The notes under the pieces were generated by a model. The model searched no databases. It saw only the letters and a list, made by a program, of their open reading frames with translations, and had not been told where the DNA came from. From assembly GCA_963843845.1 (NCBI GenBank), contig CAWJMB010000002.1, positions 736,001-800,000 of the forward strand: 64,000 nucleotides of DNA. The letters run 5' to 3'. This document shows positions 52,153-60,990 of this stretch, in pieces; position 1 is the first letter of the stretch; every line of letters begins with the position of its first letter. The position numbers and the translations under genes were made by a program. The DNA is from an uncultured Gemmatimonadaceae bacterium (GTDB taxonomy: Bacteria; Gemmatimonadota; Gemmatimonadetes; Gemmatimonadales; Gemmatimonadaceae).

Positions 52153-52614
52153 TCACGTCGGCGCCGATGACGCCGACGACGACTGCCCCTGCTGCTGTGC
52201 CGCACTCTGCGCGCGCAGTCGCGCGTCCTGCTCGAGCAGCTCGGGCGTGAGCTCGGCGCCGAAGTCTTCGGCCTCGAACACGGGGCGCAGCTCGAGCTGA
52301 CCGCCCTCGTTCATGGGATTCGGGCACCGCTTGGCCCACTCCACGGCTTCGTCCATCGAGCGGACCTGCCAGAGCCAGAAGCCGGCGATCAGCTCCTTCG
52401 TCTCCGAGAACGGGCCGTCGACGACGGCGCGCCGCGTGCCGTCGAAGTCGATGCGCTTCCCCTTCGACGACGGGTGCAGCCCCTCGCCGGCGAGCATCAC
52501 GCCGGCCTTCACGAGCTCTTCGTTGAACTGCCCCATCGCCGTGAGCAGCTCCGTGCTCGGCATCACGCCGGCCTCGGAATCGGGGGACGCTTTGACGATC
52601 ACCATGACGCGCAT
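52153..52614 (-). CDS. YciI/DGPF family protein
   Basis: MRVMVIVKAS..SEAG, GEGLHPSS, VDGPFSETKELIAGFW, EWAKRCP. Confidence 0.9.
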   Translation of the reverse strand: MRVMVIVKASPDSEAGVMPSTELLTAMGQFNEELVKAGVMLAGEGLHPSSKGKRIDFDGTRRAVVDGPFSETKELIAGFWLWQVRSMDEAVEWAKRCPNPMNEGGQLELRPVFEAEDFGAELTPELLEQDARLRAQSAAQQQGQSSSASSAPT

Positions 52615-52671
52615 CGGTCGCTCTCCTCGTGCTCTGCGGGGGGTGGGGTGGGGATGTGCTCCTGCCAGCAC

Positions 52672-52698
52672 GACGAACGAGCGCGCGCCGGATCGACA
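52672..52698 (-). promoter_or_regulatory. ECF42-type promoter upstream of the yciI-sigma operon
   Basis: Minus strand TGTCGA (52698-52693), 17 nt, CGTC (52675-52672); matches the ECF42 motif as I recall it (-35 TGTCGA, -10 CG(A/T)C). Confidence 0.65.
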
Positions 52699-52713
52699 GC
52701 GCCGAAACTAACG

Positions 52714-52755
52714 GCCCCGCCTCGTGCGACCCGCGCGGGTCGCACGAGGCGGGGC
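52714..52755. terminator. Perfect 42-bp palindrome, probable terminator of the upstream peptidase gene
   Basis: GCCCCGCCTCGTGCGACCCGC|GCGGGTCGCACGAGGCGGGGC, 30 nt after the 52785 stop on the - strand. Confidence 0.55.
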
Positions 52756-52784
52756 GGTGGTCGAGCCCCCCGAGCCCGAGACGA

Positions 52785-53570
52785 CTACCGGAATTCCCGC
52801 AGGCAGGCCCCCGCCCCCGCGCGCAGCCCCGCACGGAAGTTGTCGGTCCGCTGCTGCTCGGTGCCGTGCCCCATGCGCGACGCGCGCGTGAGAATCGAGC
52901 GGTCGACGCGGTCGTCGCCCGTGAGGCGCGGCGTCGGGTCGCCGGCTGTCGCCATGCCGAAGAACGCCTCCTCGATGTCCCCCGGCTCGAGCATGCCGTC
53001 CGCGTCCGCCTGCCGAGCGAACGACCCGGCGAGACAGTCGGCGACCTGCTCGTTGTCGTACGTGAAGCGTGAGAGGTGCCCGAGCTGCATCGCGACCGCG
53101 TGCCCGACCTCGTGCGCGATGATCCCGACCGCCGCCATGTCGCCGTCGGTGCCGAGCTGGCGCGCGGCATTCCCCGCCTGCGCCGCCACGAACAGCTCGT
53201 CGTAGTAGATCGTGTTGTCGCGGATGCAATAGCCGGCGTTCCCCTGCCGCATCACGCCGCACGCCGAGCGCGCGCCGGTGCGGTAGCGCACGAGCGACGG
53301 CAGCGCGAACTGAGCGCCGATCGCGTCGAACGACGCATTCCACGTCCTGGCGAGGTGGCCGTAGGCGGAGGCGATCTTCGCGTTCGAGGCGGTGAGCTCC
53401 GCCATCGTCACGTTCGTCGCGTCCCGCGGCAGCGCGTCGCGCAGCGTGACCGCGTGCGGCGTGACCGCGTTCGGCGTGACCGCGAGCGGCGTGGCCGCGT
53501 GCGCCGCGGGCACGATGGCGAGCGTGAGCGCGATGGCCGTCGCGCGGCGAAGGGTCCCGGATCGGGTCAT
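52785..53570 (-). CDS. Secreted neutral zinc metallopeptidase (YpfJ-like)
   Basis: Signal peptide; SACG..NAGYC..DNTIYYD, IIAHEVGHAV, EQVADCLAG, HGT.QQR..F..G. Confidence 0.85.
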   Translation of the reverse strand: MTRSGTLRRATAIALTLAIVPAAHAATPLAVTPNAVTPHAVTLRDALPRDATNVTMAELTASNAKIASAYGHLARTWNASFDAIGAQFALPSLVRYRTGARSACGVMRQGNAGYCIRDNTIYYDELFVAAQAGNAARQLGTDGDMAAVGIIAHEVGHAVAMQLGHLSRFTYDNEQVADCLAGSFARQADADGMLEPGDIEEAFFGMATAGDPTPRLTGDDRVDRSILTRASRMGHGTEQQRTDNFRAGLRAGAGACLREFR

Positions 53571-53809
53571 CGTGGGCTCCTGGCTCCAGGCAGAAGTGGT
53601 CGCGCCGTCCGGAGCGGTCGCTCGACGGGGCGCGCCGCGACAGGCGCACGTCGTCGTGCGGCGCCCTGTCGCGTCGTGGAGGTAGTACACCATCCGGTCA
53701 CTCGTGTTGCGCGCGTGTCGCGGCCGTGTCGCGCTGGCTCTCTCCCGCGGCGCACGTAGATTCGCCTCGTCGTCGCGCCCCCGTTCTCGCCTCCCGCCCG
53801 CACCCAGTC

Positions 53810-56800
53810 GTGCCCGGCACTCCTCCCGACGCCGCGATCGATCCGTCGCAGTCGCCGCCGCCGCCGCCGCCGCCGCGCGTCGTGGCCGGCCGCTACCGGC
53901 TCGACCGCGTCCTCGGCCGCGGTGGCATGGCGACGGTCCATCTCGCGCACGATGAGCGGCACGACGCGCTCGTCGCGATCAAGCTGATGCACGGTGACCT
54001 CGTGTCGGTCGTCGCGAGCGACCGCTTCCAGCGCGAGGTGCGGCTCACGGCGCGGCTGCAGCACCCGCACATCCTCCCCGTGCTCGACTCCGGCGTCGCC
54101 GAGCACGACGCGGGGAACGCGGGCGGGCGCGTGCCGTTCTACACGATGCCGTACGTGCGCGGCGAGACGCTCGCCGACCGCATCGCGCGCGAACGGCAGC
54201 TCCCGGTCGCCGACGCCGTCCGCATCACGCGCCAGATCGCCGACGCGCTCGCCTACGCTCATCACCTGGGCGTCGTTCACCGCGACATCAAGCCGAGCAA
54301 CATCCTGCTCGCCGGCTACCCGCCGGAGCGCGGCACGACCGGCGGCGCGACGAGCGAGTGGTACGCCATGCTCGCCGACTTCGGCATCGCGCGCGCGATC
54401 GACACGAGCGCCGGGGACCGCCTCACCGACTCGGGACTCGCGTTAGGCACGGCGCTCTACATGAGCCCCGAGCAGTCGTCGGCCGACGCGGTCGACGGCC
54501 GCAGCGACGTCTACTCGCTCGGCTGCGTGCTGTACGAGATGCTGGCGGGGGCGCCGCCGTTTCACGGGCCGACGCCGCAGGCGATCCTCGCCCGGCACGC
54601 GGTCGATCCGGTGCCGCGCGTCCACACCGTGCGCGCGACGGTAGGCCCGGCGCTCGAAGGCGTGATCGCGCAGGCGCTCGCGAAGGTGCCCGCCGACCGG
54701 TTCGTGGACGCCGCGGCGTTCCGCGACGCGCTGGCGGCGGTGGAGCAGGGAACGTCGGGCGCCGTGCCTTCCACCGGCGCCGCGCCGATCGACGTCGTGT
54801 CGACCGCCGCCGCCCCGACCGGAGGGATGTCGACCGCCGCCGCACCGACCGGCGCGCCGCCCGCGACACGGCCGGCTTCACCGCGGCGCTCGCGGTTCGC
54901 CGGACTCGGCGCGCTCGCCGTCGCCGCGACAGCGTTCGCGCTCTGGCGCGGCGCGTCCCCATCGACGGCGCTCGACGAGTCGCGCGTCATGGTCTTCCCG
55001 CTCCGCGTCTCCGCCGATGCGCGGCTGGGTGGGTCGGCGGGCGAGGACGTCGCGACGGCGGTCGGCAACGCCGTCGACGGCGTCGAGCGGCTTCGCTGGA
55101 TCGACGGCTGGCGCGACATGACCGCGGCGCAGCGCGCCGACGCGGGATCGCTCGCCGGAGACGACGCGCTGTCCCTCGCCCGCGCGCGGCGCTGCGGCTA
55201 CTTCGTTCGCGGCAGCATCACGCCGCTCTCGGGCGACTCCGTCACCGTGCGCCTGGACCTCGTGCGCACGCGCGACGACGAATCGGTCAAGACAGGCACG
55301 GCACACGCACGCCGGACCGATGCGTGGCGCGCCGGACTCGGCGCGGTGAACGAGCTGCTGCCGACGCTCATCCCCGGCGCGACGAACGCAGCGGCCGCGT
55401 CGCGGAAGACGGTGTCCGAGTGGGCGACGCGCCCGCCCGCCGCCGTCGCCGAGTTTCTCGCCGGCGAGGCCGCGTTCCGGCGCGTTCGTCCCGCCGACGC
55501 GCTGGGTCACTATCGCGATGCCGTCGCCCGGGACTCGACGTTCGCGCTGGCCGCTCTGCGGGGCGCGCAGGCCGCGAGCTGGAGTCACGTCGCCGGCGAG
55601 GTCGGCGCGCTCGTGCAGGTCGCGCTGCGCCAGCCCCTCTCCGACCGCTATCGCCACTTCGCGTCGGGCACCGCCGCGTTCGACGCCGGACTCGCCGACT
55701 CCGCCGCCGCCGAGCTGCGCCGCGCCGTCGCGGCCGATCCGGAGATGGCGGTCGCCTGGCTACAGCTCGGTGAGGTCTACACGCATCTGCTCCCCGTGGA
55801 GGGCGACGTCGATTCCGCCGCGGCCGACGCGTTCCGGCGTGCCCGCGCGATCGACTCGTCGGCCGCCGATCACCTGCTGCACCCCATCGAGCTCGCGGTC
55901 CGGGCAGGCGACGTCGCCACCGCGAAACCGCTCGCCGCGCGCCTCCTCGCCGCCGCGCCCGACAGCGGGATCGCGCACGAAGTCGAATGGCTCGTTCGGT
56001 GCGCCGAGGGCGGCCCGTCGAAGGTCGATTGGGCCGACGCCGTTCGCCGCGACGCGACGACGGTGCTCCAGGTCGCGCGGCAGGCGGGCCTCGGCGCGCA
56101 GCGCGCCTGCGCCGAGGCGGCGTACGGCGCCGTGCTGCGCGAGTACCCGGCGACGGCGGTGGACGCGATCAACTACCGCTGGCCGGCGCTCGTCGGATTG
56201 CAGGGCGCGCTCGTCGCCCGCGGCGCCACCGCCGCCGCGGTGGCGCAGCTCGATTCGGGGATCGTCCTTCCGGTCGCCAACCCGCTCGGCGGCGAGTCGG
56301 TGTATCTCATCGGGGCGGGGATCGTTCCGGCGTACGCGGGCCCGGCACAGCGCATCGCGGCGCGCGACTCGGCGGCCGGCGGCGCGAGCTCCGGGCGGAG
56401 TCCCGCCCCCGCGCGACTCGGCCAGCTCGCGGTGTGGGCCGCGTCGACCGGACGCGGCGCGACGGCTGCGGCGATCGCGGACGAGCTGGACCGGCGCCTG
56501 GCCGCGTCGGCCGATGCCGTGACGCCCGGCGCGACGCCCGGCGCGACGCCCGCCTCGACGCCCGCCTCGACGCCCGCGACGGACTCGGCGCTCATCCGAA
56601 CGGCGCGCAGCGCGGCCGCGCTGGCCGCCGCGGCCACCGCGCGGACGGCCACCGACACCGTCGCCGCGATCGCCGCGCTCACGACCGTGCTCGCCGCGCC
56701 GATGTCGATGGACGCGCTCGCCTGGTCGTTGCCGAACGCGCGCGCCGCCGAGCGCCTGCTGCTCGCGCGACTGCTCGCGGGGCGCGGCGAGCACCGGCGC

Positions 56801-56980
56801 GCGCTCGCCGTCGCCAGCGTCTTCGACTCGGTGCAGCCGCTGATTCACGTGATGTATCTCCCCGCGAGCCTGGAGCTGCGCCGCGCGTCGGCCGCGGCTC
56901 TGCGCGACGCCGACCTCGCCGCCCGCTTCAGCCGCCGCATCGCCGCCGGTCGTGCCGGCACTCCCGCCGCCGCGCCGTGA
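53810..56980 (+). CDS. Hanks-type Ser/Thr protein kinase with TM and TPR-like C-terminal region
   Basis: LGRGGMATV, VAIK, HRDIKPSN, DFGIA, GTALYMSPEQ, SDVYSLG; TM GLGALAVAATAFALW; helical repeats. Start approximate. Confidence 0.9.
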   Translation: MPGTPPDAAIDPSQSPPPPPPPRVVAGRYRLDRVLGRGGMATVHLAHDERHDALVAIKLMHGDLVSVVASDRFQREVRLTARLQHPHILPVLDSGVAEHDAGNAGGRVPFYTMPYVRGETLADRIARERQLPVADAVRITRQIADALAYAHHLGVVHRDIKPSNILLAGYPPERGTTGGATSEWYAMLADFGIARAIDTSAGDRLTDSGLALGTALYMSPEQSSADAVDGRSDVYSLGCVLYEMLAGAPPFHGPTPQAILARHAVDPVPRVHTVRATVGPALEGVIAQALAKVPADRFVDAAAFRDALAAVEQGTSGAVPSTGAAPIDVVSTAAAPTGGMSTAAAPTGAPPATRPASPRRSRFAGLGALAVAATAFALWRGASPSTALDESRVMVFPLRVSADARLGGSAGEDVATAVGNAVDGVERLRWIDGWRDMTAAQRADAGSLAGDDALSLARARRCGYFVRGSITPLSGDSVTVRLDLVRTRDDESVKTGTAHARRTDAWRAGLGAVNELLPTLIPGATNAAAASRKTVSEWATRPPAAVAEFLAGEAAFRRVRPADALGHYRDAVARDSTFALAALRGAQAASWSHVAGEVGALVQVALRQPLSDRYRHFASGTAAFDAGLADSAAAELRRAVAADPEMAVAWLQLGEVYTHLLPVEGDVDSAAADAFRRARAIDSSAADHLLHPIELAVRAGDVATAKPLAARLLAAAPDSGIAHEVEWLVRCAEGGPSKVDWADAVRRDATTVLQVARQAGLGAQRACAEAAYGAVLREYPATAVDAINYRWPALVGLQGALVARGATAAAVAQLDSGIVLPVANPLGGESVYLIGAGIVPAYAGPAQRIAARDSAAGGASSGRSPAPARLGQLAVWAASTGRGATAAAIADELDRRLAASADAVTPGATPGATPASTPASTPATDSALIRTARSAAALAAAATARTATDTVAAIAALTTVLAAPMSMDALAWSLPNARAAERLLLARLLAGRGEHRRALAVASVFDSVQPLIHVMYLPASLELRRASAAALRDADLAARFSRRIAAGRAGTPAAAP

Positions 56981-57008
56981 CCCACGTCCATTCACGAGGA
57001 GCTCGAGG

Positions 57009-57262
57009 ATGAACGACGAATTCGCCGTCCCCCCGTCGCCACCGGCACCCGACGGAAGCCGCCACGTGCCGCCCCCGCCGCCGCCCGGCGCGAAGCGCGG
57101 CGTGCCGCCGGCTCCACCGCAGCCGGAAGGCGGCCGCGCCGTGCCGCCCGCTCCACCGCAGCCGGAAGGAGACCGCGCCGTGCCGCCCGCTCCTCCGCGG
57201 CCGGACGGCAGTCGGCCGGCTCGCCGCCCGCCGCCCCGCCGCCGCCCGACGCGGTCCGATGA
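57009..57262 (+). CDS. Small Pro-rich repeat peptide (about 84 aa), units xVPPxPPxP(D/E)GxR; probable frameshift near 57220
   Basis: SD GAGGAG/GAGG before ATG 57009; 36-39-bp repeats. A one-base correction gives ...PPPPDAVR* ending at the ATGA overlap with the caspase start. Confidence 0.6.
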
Positions 57263-59465
57263 GACGCGCGCTGCTCATCGGTATCGACGCCTACGCCACG
57301 CAGCCCGCCGTGATCGCGCCGCTCAACGGCTGCGTGAACGACGTCGATGCGATGGAGCAGCTGCTGCGCGCCGCGCCGTACGCGTTCGACGACGTGCGCG
57401 TTCTGCGCGACGCCGAGGCCACCCGGCAGGGGATCCTCGACGCGCTCGACGCGCTCGTCGCGGCGACCGGGACCGACGACGTCGTGTTCATCCAGTACGG
57501 CGGCCACGGCTCGCAGAAGTGGGACGACACGGGCACCGAGTCGACCGGCTGGAACAGCACGATCGTTCCCGTCGACAGCGGACGCGACCCGCTGGAGAAC
57601 CGCGACATCACCGACGACGAGATCCACGAGCGGCTCGTCGCGCTGGGCACCCGCACGCCGTACACGACGCTCCTCGTCGACTCGTGCCATTCGGGAACGA
57701 TCACGCGCGACGTGTTCGAGATGCGATCGCGCGGCGTGCGGCCCGACCCGCCACCGGCCGGCGCGGTGAGGCCGGCGGCGACGCGGAGCGCCGCAGCGAG
57801 CGGCGCGGCCGGTAGCACGTTCGGCACCGTGCGCGGCGTCGGCCGCCGCGGTGCGGAGGGCGAGAGCGACGCGGCGCGCCATGTCGTGCTCTCCGGCTGC
57901 CGCGACGAGGAGCTGTCGTGGGAGCTCCGGGCCCCGACGGAGGAGGGGGGGAAGGTGCATGGCGCGCTGTCGTACTTCGTGACGCGCGAGCTCCGGAAGC
58001 CAGGGCGCCGCAGTTACCGCGACCTGTTCGAGGCGGTCGCGCCGCTCGTCACGGCGTACAAGGGGCAGCATCCGCAGATCGAGGGGCGCGCCGACGCCGA
58101 GCTGTTCGGCGTCGGGCTGCTCGCGCCGATGCGCTACGTCGCCGTCGCCGGTCCCTCGACGACCGGCGCCGAGCTCGTCGCAGGCCGCCCGATCGAGCTG
58201 GCGTCGGGCGCCGCGCACGGGGTGACCGTCGGCTCCGAGTACGACGTCTACCGCCCGGGCACCGTCCAGCCGAACGACGCCGACCGCCTCGGGCGCGTGC
58301 GCGTGACGGCGGTGCACCCGGTCCACAGCGAGGCCGAGCCGCTCGGCTCCTTCGCCGCGCCGGTCGTCGTCGGCGCACGCGCGGTCGAAGCGCTGCACGC
58401 GCCGGCCGAGGTGCGACTGCGCGTCTGGCTCGACGAGACGACCACCGCCGCCGCGCTCGCCGATCTACGCGGCCGACTCGCCGCGTCGCCGCGCGTGCAG
58501 GTCGTCGACGTCGCAACTGACGGCGAGCTGCGCGTCACGCTGCTCACGCCCGGCGCGACGGCCGCCGTTCCGCGCCTCACGGCCGGCGTGACCGAGCCGA
58601 CGCTCGCGCTGATCGACGGCGTCGGCGAGCCGGTGCTGCCGATGAAGCCGCTCGGCGCGGTGGCCGACTTCGCGGCGAACGTCGAGCAACTCGCCGCGAT
58701 CCGCGCCCTGCTCGCGCTCGACAATCCGGCGAGCCGGCTGCGCGGCACCGTCACGCTCGAGGTGTTGCGGCAGGTGCCCGACGCGGCCGCGCCGAGCGGC
58801 GTGCGGTGGCAGGTCGCGCTGCCCGACGCGCGCGCGAACGCCGTCGTGTTCGAGGAGGGCGATCGCATCGCGTTCCGCCTCACGAGCACGCACACCGAGC
58901 CGCTGTTCGTGAACCTCATCGACGCGAGCGTCGAGGGAGGCGTCTACGTCTCTACCCGCAGGGCGACCAGTCGCCGCAGCGACTCGGCAATCAGCAGCCG
59001 CTCAACGTCTGGCGGCCGGGCGGCAACGGGTGGCGGCTGCTCTTTCCCGACCCCGCGGTCTACCCGTTCCTCCCCGGCGACTCGGCGGCCGAGGGGTCGG
59101 ACATCGTGAAGCTGTTCGTCACGACGCGCGAGACGCGCTTCACCGAGATGACGCAGTACCGCGACGCAGCGCAGCCTCGGCCGTCCGCGCTCGGGCCGCT
59201 GTTCCACACGCCCACGCCGGCGAGTCGCGCGCCCGACCCCGAGCACGACGCGGCGGACACGCAGGCGATCGCCGCGGCGGCAGCGACCGCCGCGGCGTCC
59301 GAGGACTGGACGACGCTCCAGGTGCGATACGTGACCCGGCGGAAAGGAGCCGGCACGCAGGTGCCCGACGCGCGGGTGTCTGAGGCGCAGGTGCCTGAGG
59401 CGCAGGTGCCTGAGGCGCAGGTGCCTGAGGCGCAGGTGCCTGAGGCGCAGGTGCCTCGGCGATGA
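57259..59465 (+). CDS. Metacaspase (peptidase C14) with C-terminal beta-rich domains; apparent frameshift near 58950
   Basis: RALLIGIDAY, LNGCVNDV, QYGGHGSQ (His), VDSCHSG (Cys), LSGCRDEELSWE, HGALSYF, QHPQIEG; C-terminal EGDRIAFRL..LFVNLID..LYP (DUF4384-like). Confidence 0.88.
59381..59455 (+). repeat. 15-bp tandem repeat (TGAGGCGCAGGTGCC) x5 encoding (EAQVP)n
   Basis: Five perfect units plus two degenerate upstream units at the caspase C-terminus. Confidence 0.95.
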
Positions 59466-60946
59466 CACCGCAGGCGACCGCGCCGGGCGTGGCGCTCCCG
59501 ACGGCGGCCCTCACGGCCGTGTTGGGCACATCGTCCGCCGCTCGCGCCGCCGCCGCGCGGGCGCTCGGCAGCGCGGGACTCGCGGTGCAGCAGCGCCTCC
59601 AGCTCGCCATGCCGACGGCGAACGCGACGCGCGACGTCGCGTCCGGCACGGTGACCGTCGCCGCGCCGCCGCCGGACATGGGGCAGATGGCGATCGTCAC
59701 CGATCCGCAGACCGGCGTCGTGTCGTGGCAGTTCGGCGAGACGCGCACGGTGGCGGCGCCCGGCGCGGGCGGTCGCGGCGAGGCGGGCACGCAGACGGTC
59801 CGCGTCTACGCGGTCCCCGCCGCGGCGGCGACCGCGCCATCGCACGACCCGTCGGGCCCCGCCCCGGCCGGCGGCGATGACGGCGCCCTCGCGTCGCGCA
59901 GCGTCCTCACCGACGCCGCGCGCAAGCTCGTGGAGGTCGTCGTCTTCCCGCTCGTCGAGGACGGCGTCGGCGCCGTGAGCCCGATCTTCGCCGAGCGGTG
60001 GGAGGCGAAGCATCGGCCGTACCGACTGCGCAGCTTCACGCCCGACGACTACGCGCGTCCCGACGCCGCCCTCGTCGACGGCGCGACGCTCGCCGCCGGC
60101 CGCGCGCTGCTCATGGTTCACGGCACGTTCAGCCGCGCGCACTCCGCCTTCGGCGCGCTGCCGCGCGCGGTCGTCGAGCGGCTGCACGCGCGGTACGGCG
60201 GGCGCGTGTTCGCGTTCGACCACTACACGCTCGCGCACGACCCGGCGCGCAACGTTCAGTGGCTGTTGAGCCAGCTGCCGAACGGTTCCACGGTCGACGT
60301 CGACATCGTCTGCCACTCGCGGGGCGGCCTCGTGAGCCGCGTGCTCGCCGAGCGGCACGGCGACCGCGCGCGGGTCGGCAAGGTGGTGTTCGTCGGCGCG
60401 CCGAACGCGGGAACGGCACTCGTCGACGGCTCGCACGTGACGAAGCTGCTCGACGCCTACACGAACGTGCTCGCCGTCGTGCCGCCGAACGGCGTGACCG
60501 ACCTGCTCGAAGGGGTGCTCACCGTGGCGAAGCTGCTCGCCACGATCGGCGCCGGCGCGATGCAGGGGTTGCCCGGGCTGCAGTCGATGCGCCCCGGCGG
60601 CGACTTCCTCGCCCGGACGCTGAACGCGGTCACCGGCACGACCGCAGGCGCCGCGCCCGACGATCCGTCGAACGCCGCCGAGTACTTCGCGATGTCGTCG
60701 AACTTCGACCCGCGGCCGGACACGCCGGGCCTGAACGCGCTGTTCCGCAACTGGACCGCCGACAAGGTCTTCGGCGCCGACAACGACCTCGTCGTCCCGA
60801 CCGACGGCGTCTTCGCGGCGAACGGCTCCGCGCGCTTCCCGATCGCCGCGACGCGCGTCTTCCGCGGCGCCGACGCCGTCGCGCACACCGAGTTCTTCGC
60901 GCGCCCGGCGGCGCACGAGCAGCTGCTCACCTGGCTCGGCGCCTGA
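59462..60946 (+). CDS. Alpha/beta-hydrolase (lipase/acyltransferase-like) with N-terminal extension
   Basis: ATGA-coupled to the caspase; LLMVHGTFS, FAFDHYTL, VCHSRGGLV (Ser), VGAPNAGT, NDLVVP (Asp), AHTEFF (His). Confidence 0.85.
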   Translation: MTPQATAPGVALPTAALTAVLGTSSAARAAAARALGSAGLAVQQRLQLAMPTANATRDVASGTVTVAAPPPDMGQMAIVTDPQTGVVSWQFGETRTVAAPGAGGRGEAGTQTVRVYAVPAAAATAPSHDPSGPAPAGGDDGALASRSVLTDAARKLVEVVVFPLVEDGVGAVSPIFAERWEAKHRPYRLRSFTPDDYARPDAALVDGATLAAGRALLMVHGTFSRAHSAFGALPRAVVERLHARYGGRVFAFDHYTLAHDPARNVQWLLSQLPNGSTVDVDIVCHSRGGLVSRVLAERHGDRARVGKVVFVGAPNAGTALVDGSHVTKLLDAYTNVLAVVPPNGVTDLLEGVLTVAKLLATIGAGAMQGLPGLQSMRPGGDFLARTLNAVTGTTAGAAPDDPSNAAEYFAMSSNFDPRPDTPGLNALFRNWTADKVFGADNDLVVPTDGVFAANGSARFPIAATRVFRGADAVAHTEFFARPAAHEQLLTWLGA

Positions 60947-60990
60947 CGCGCGCCGCGCACGAGTCTCACACGACCGCCTGAGGCGACGCG

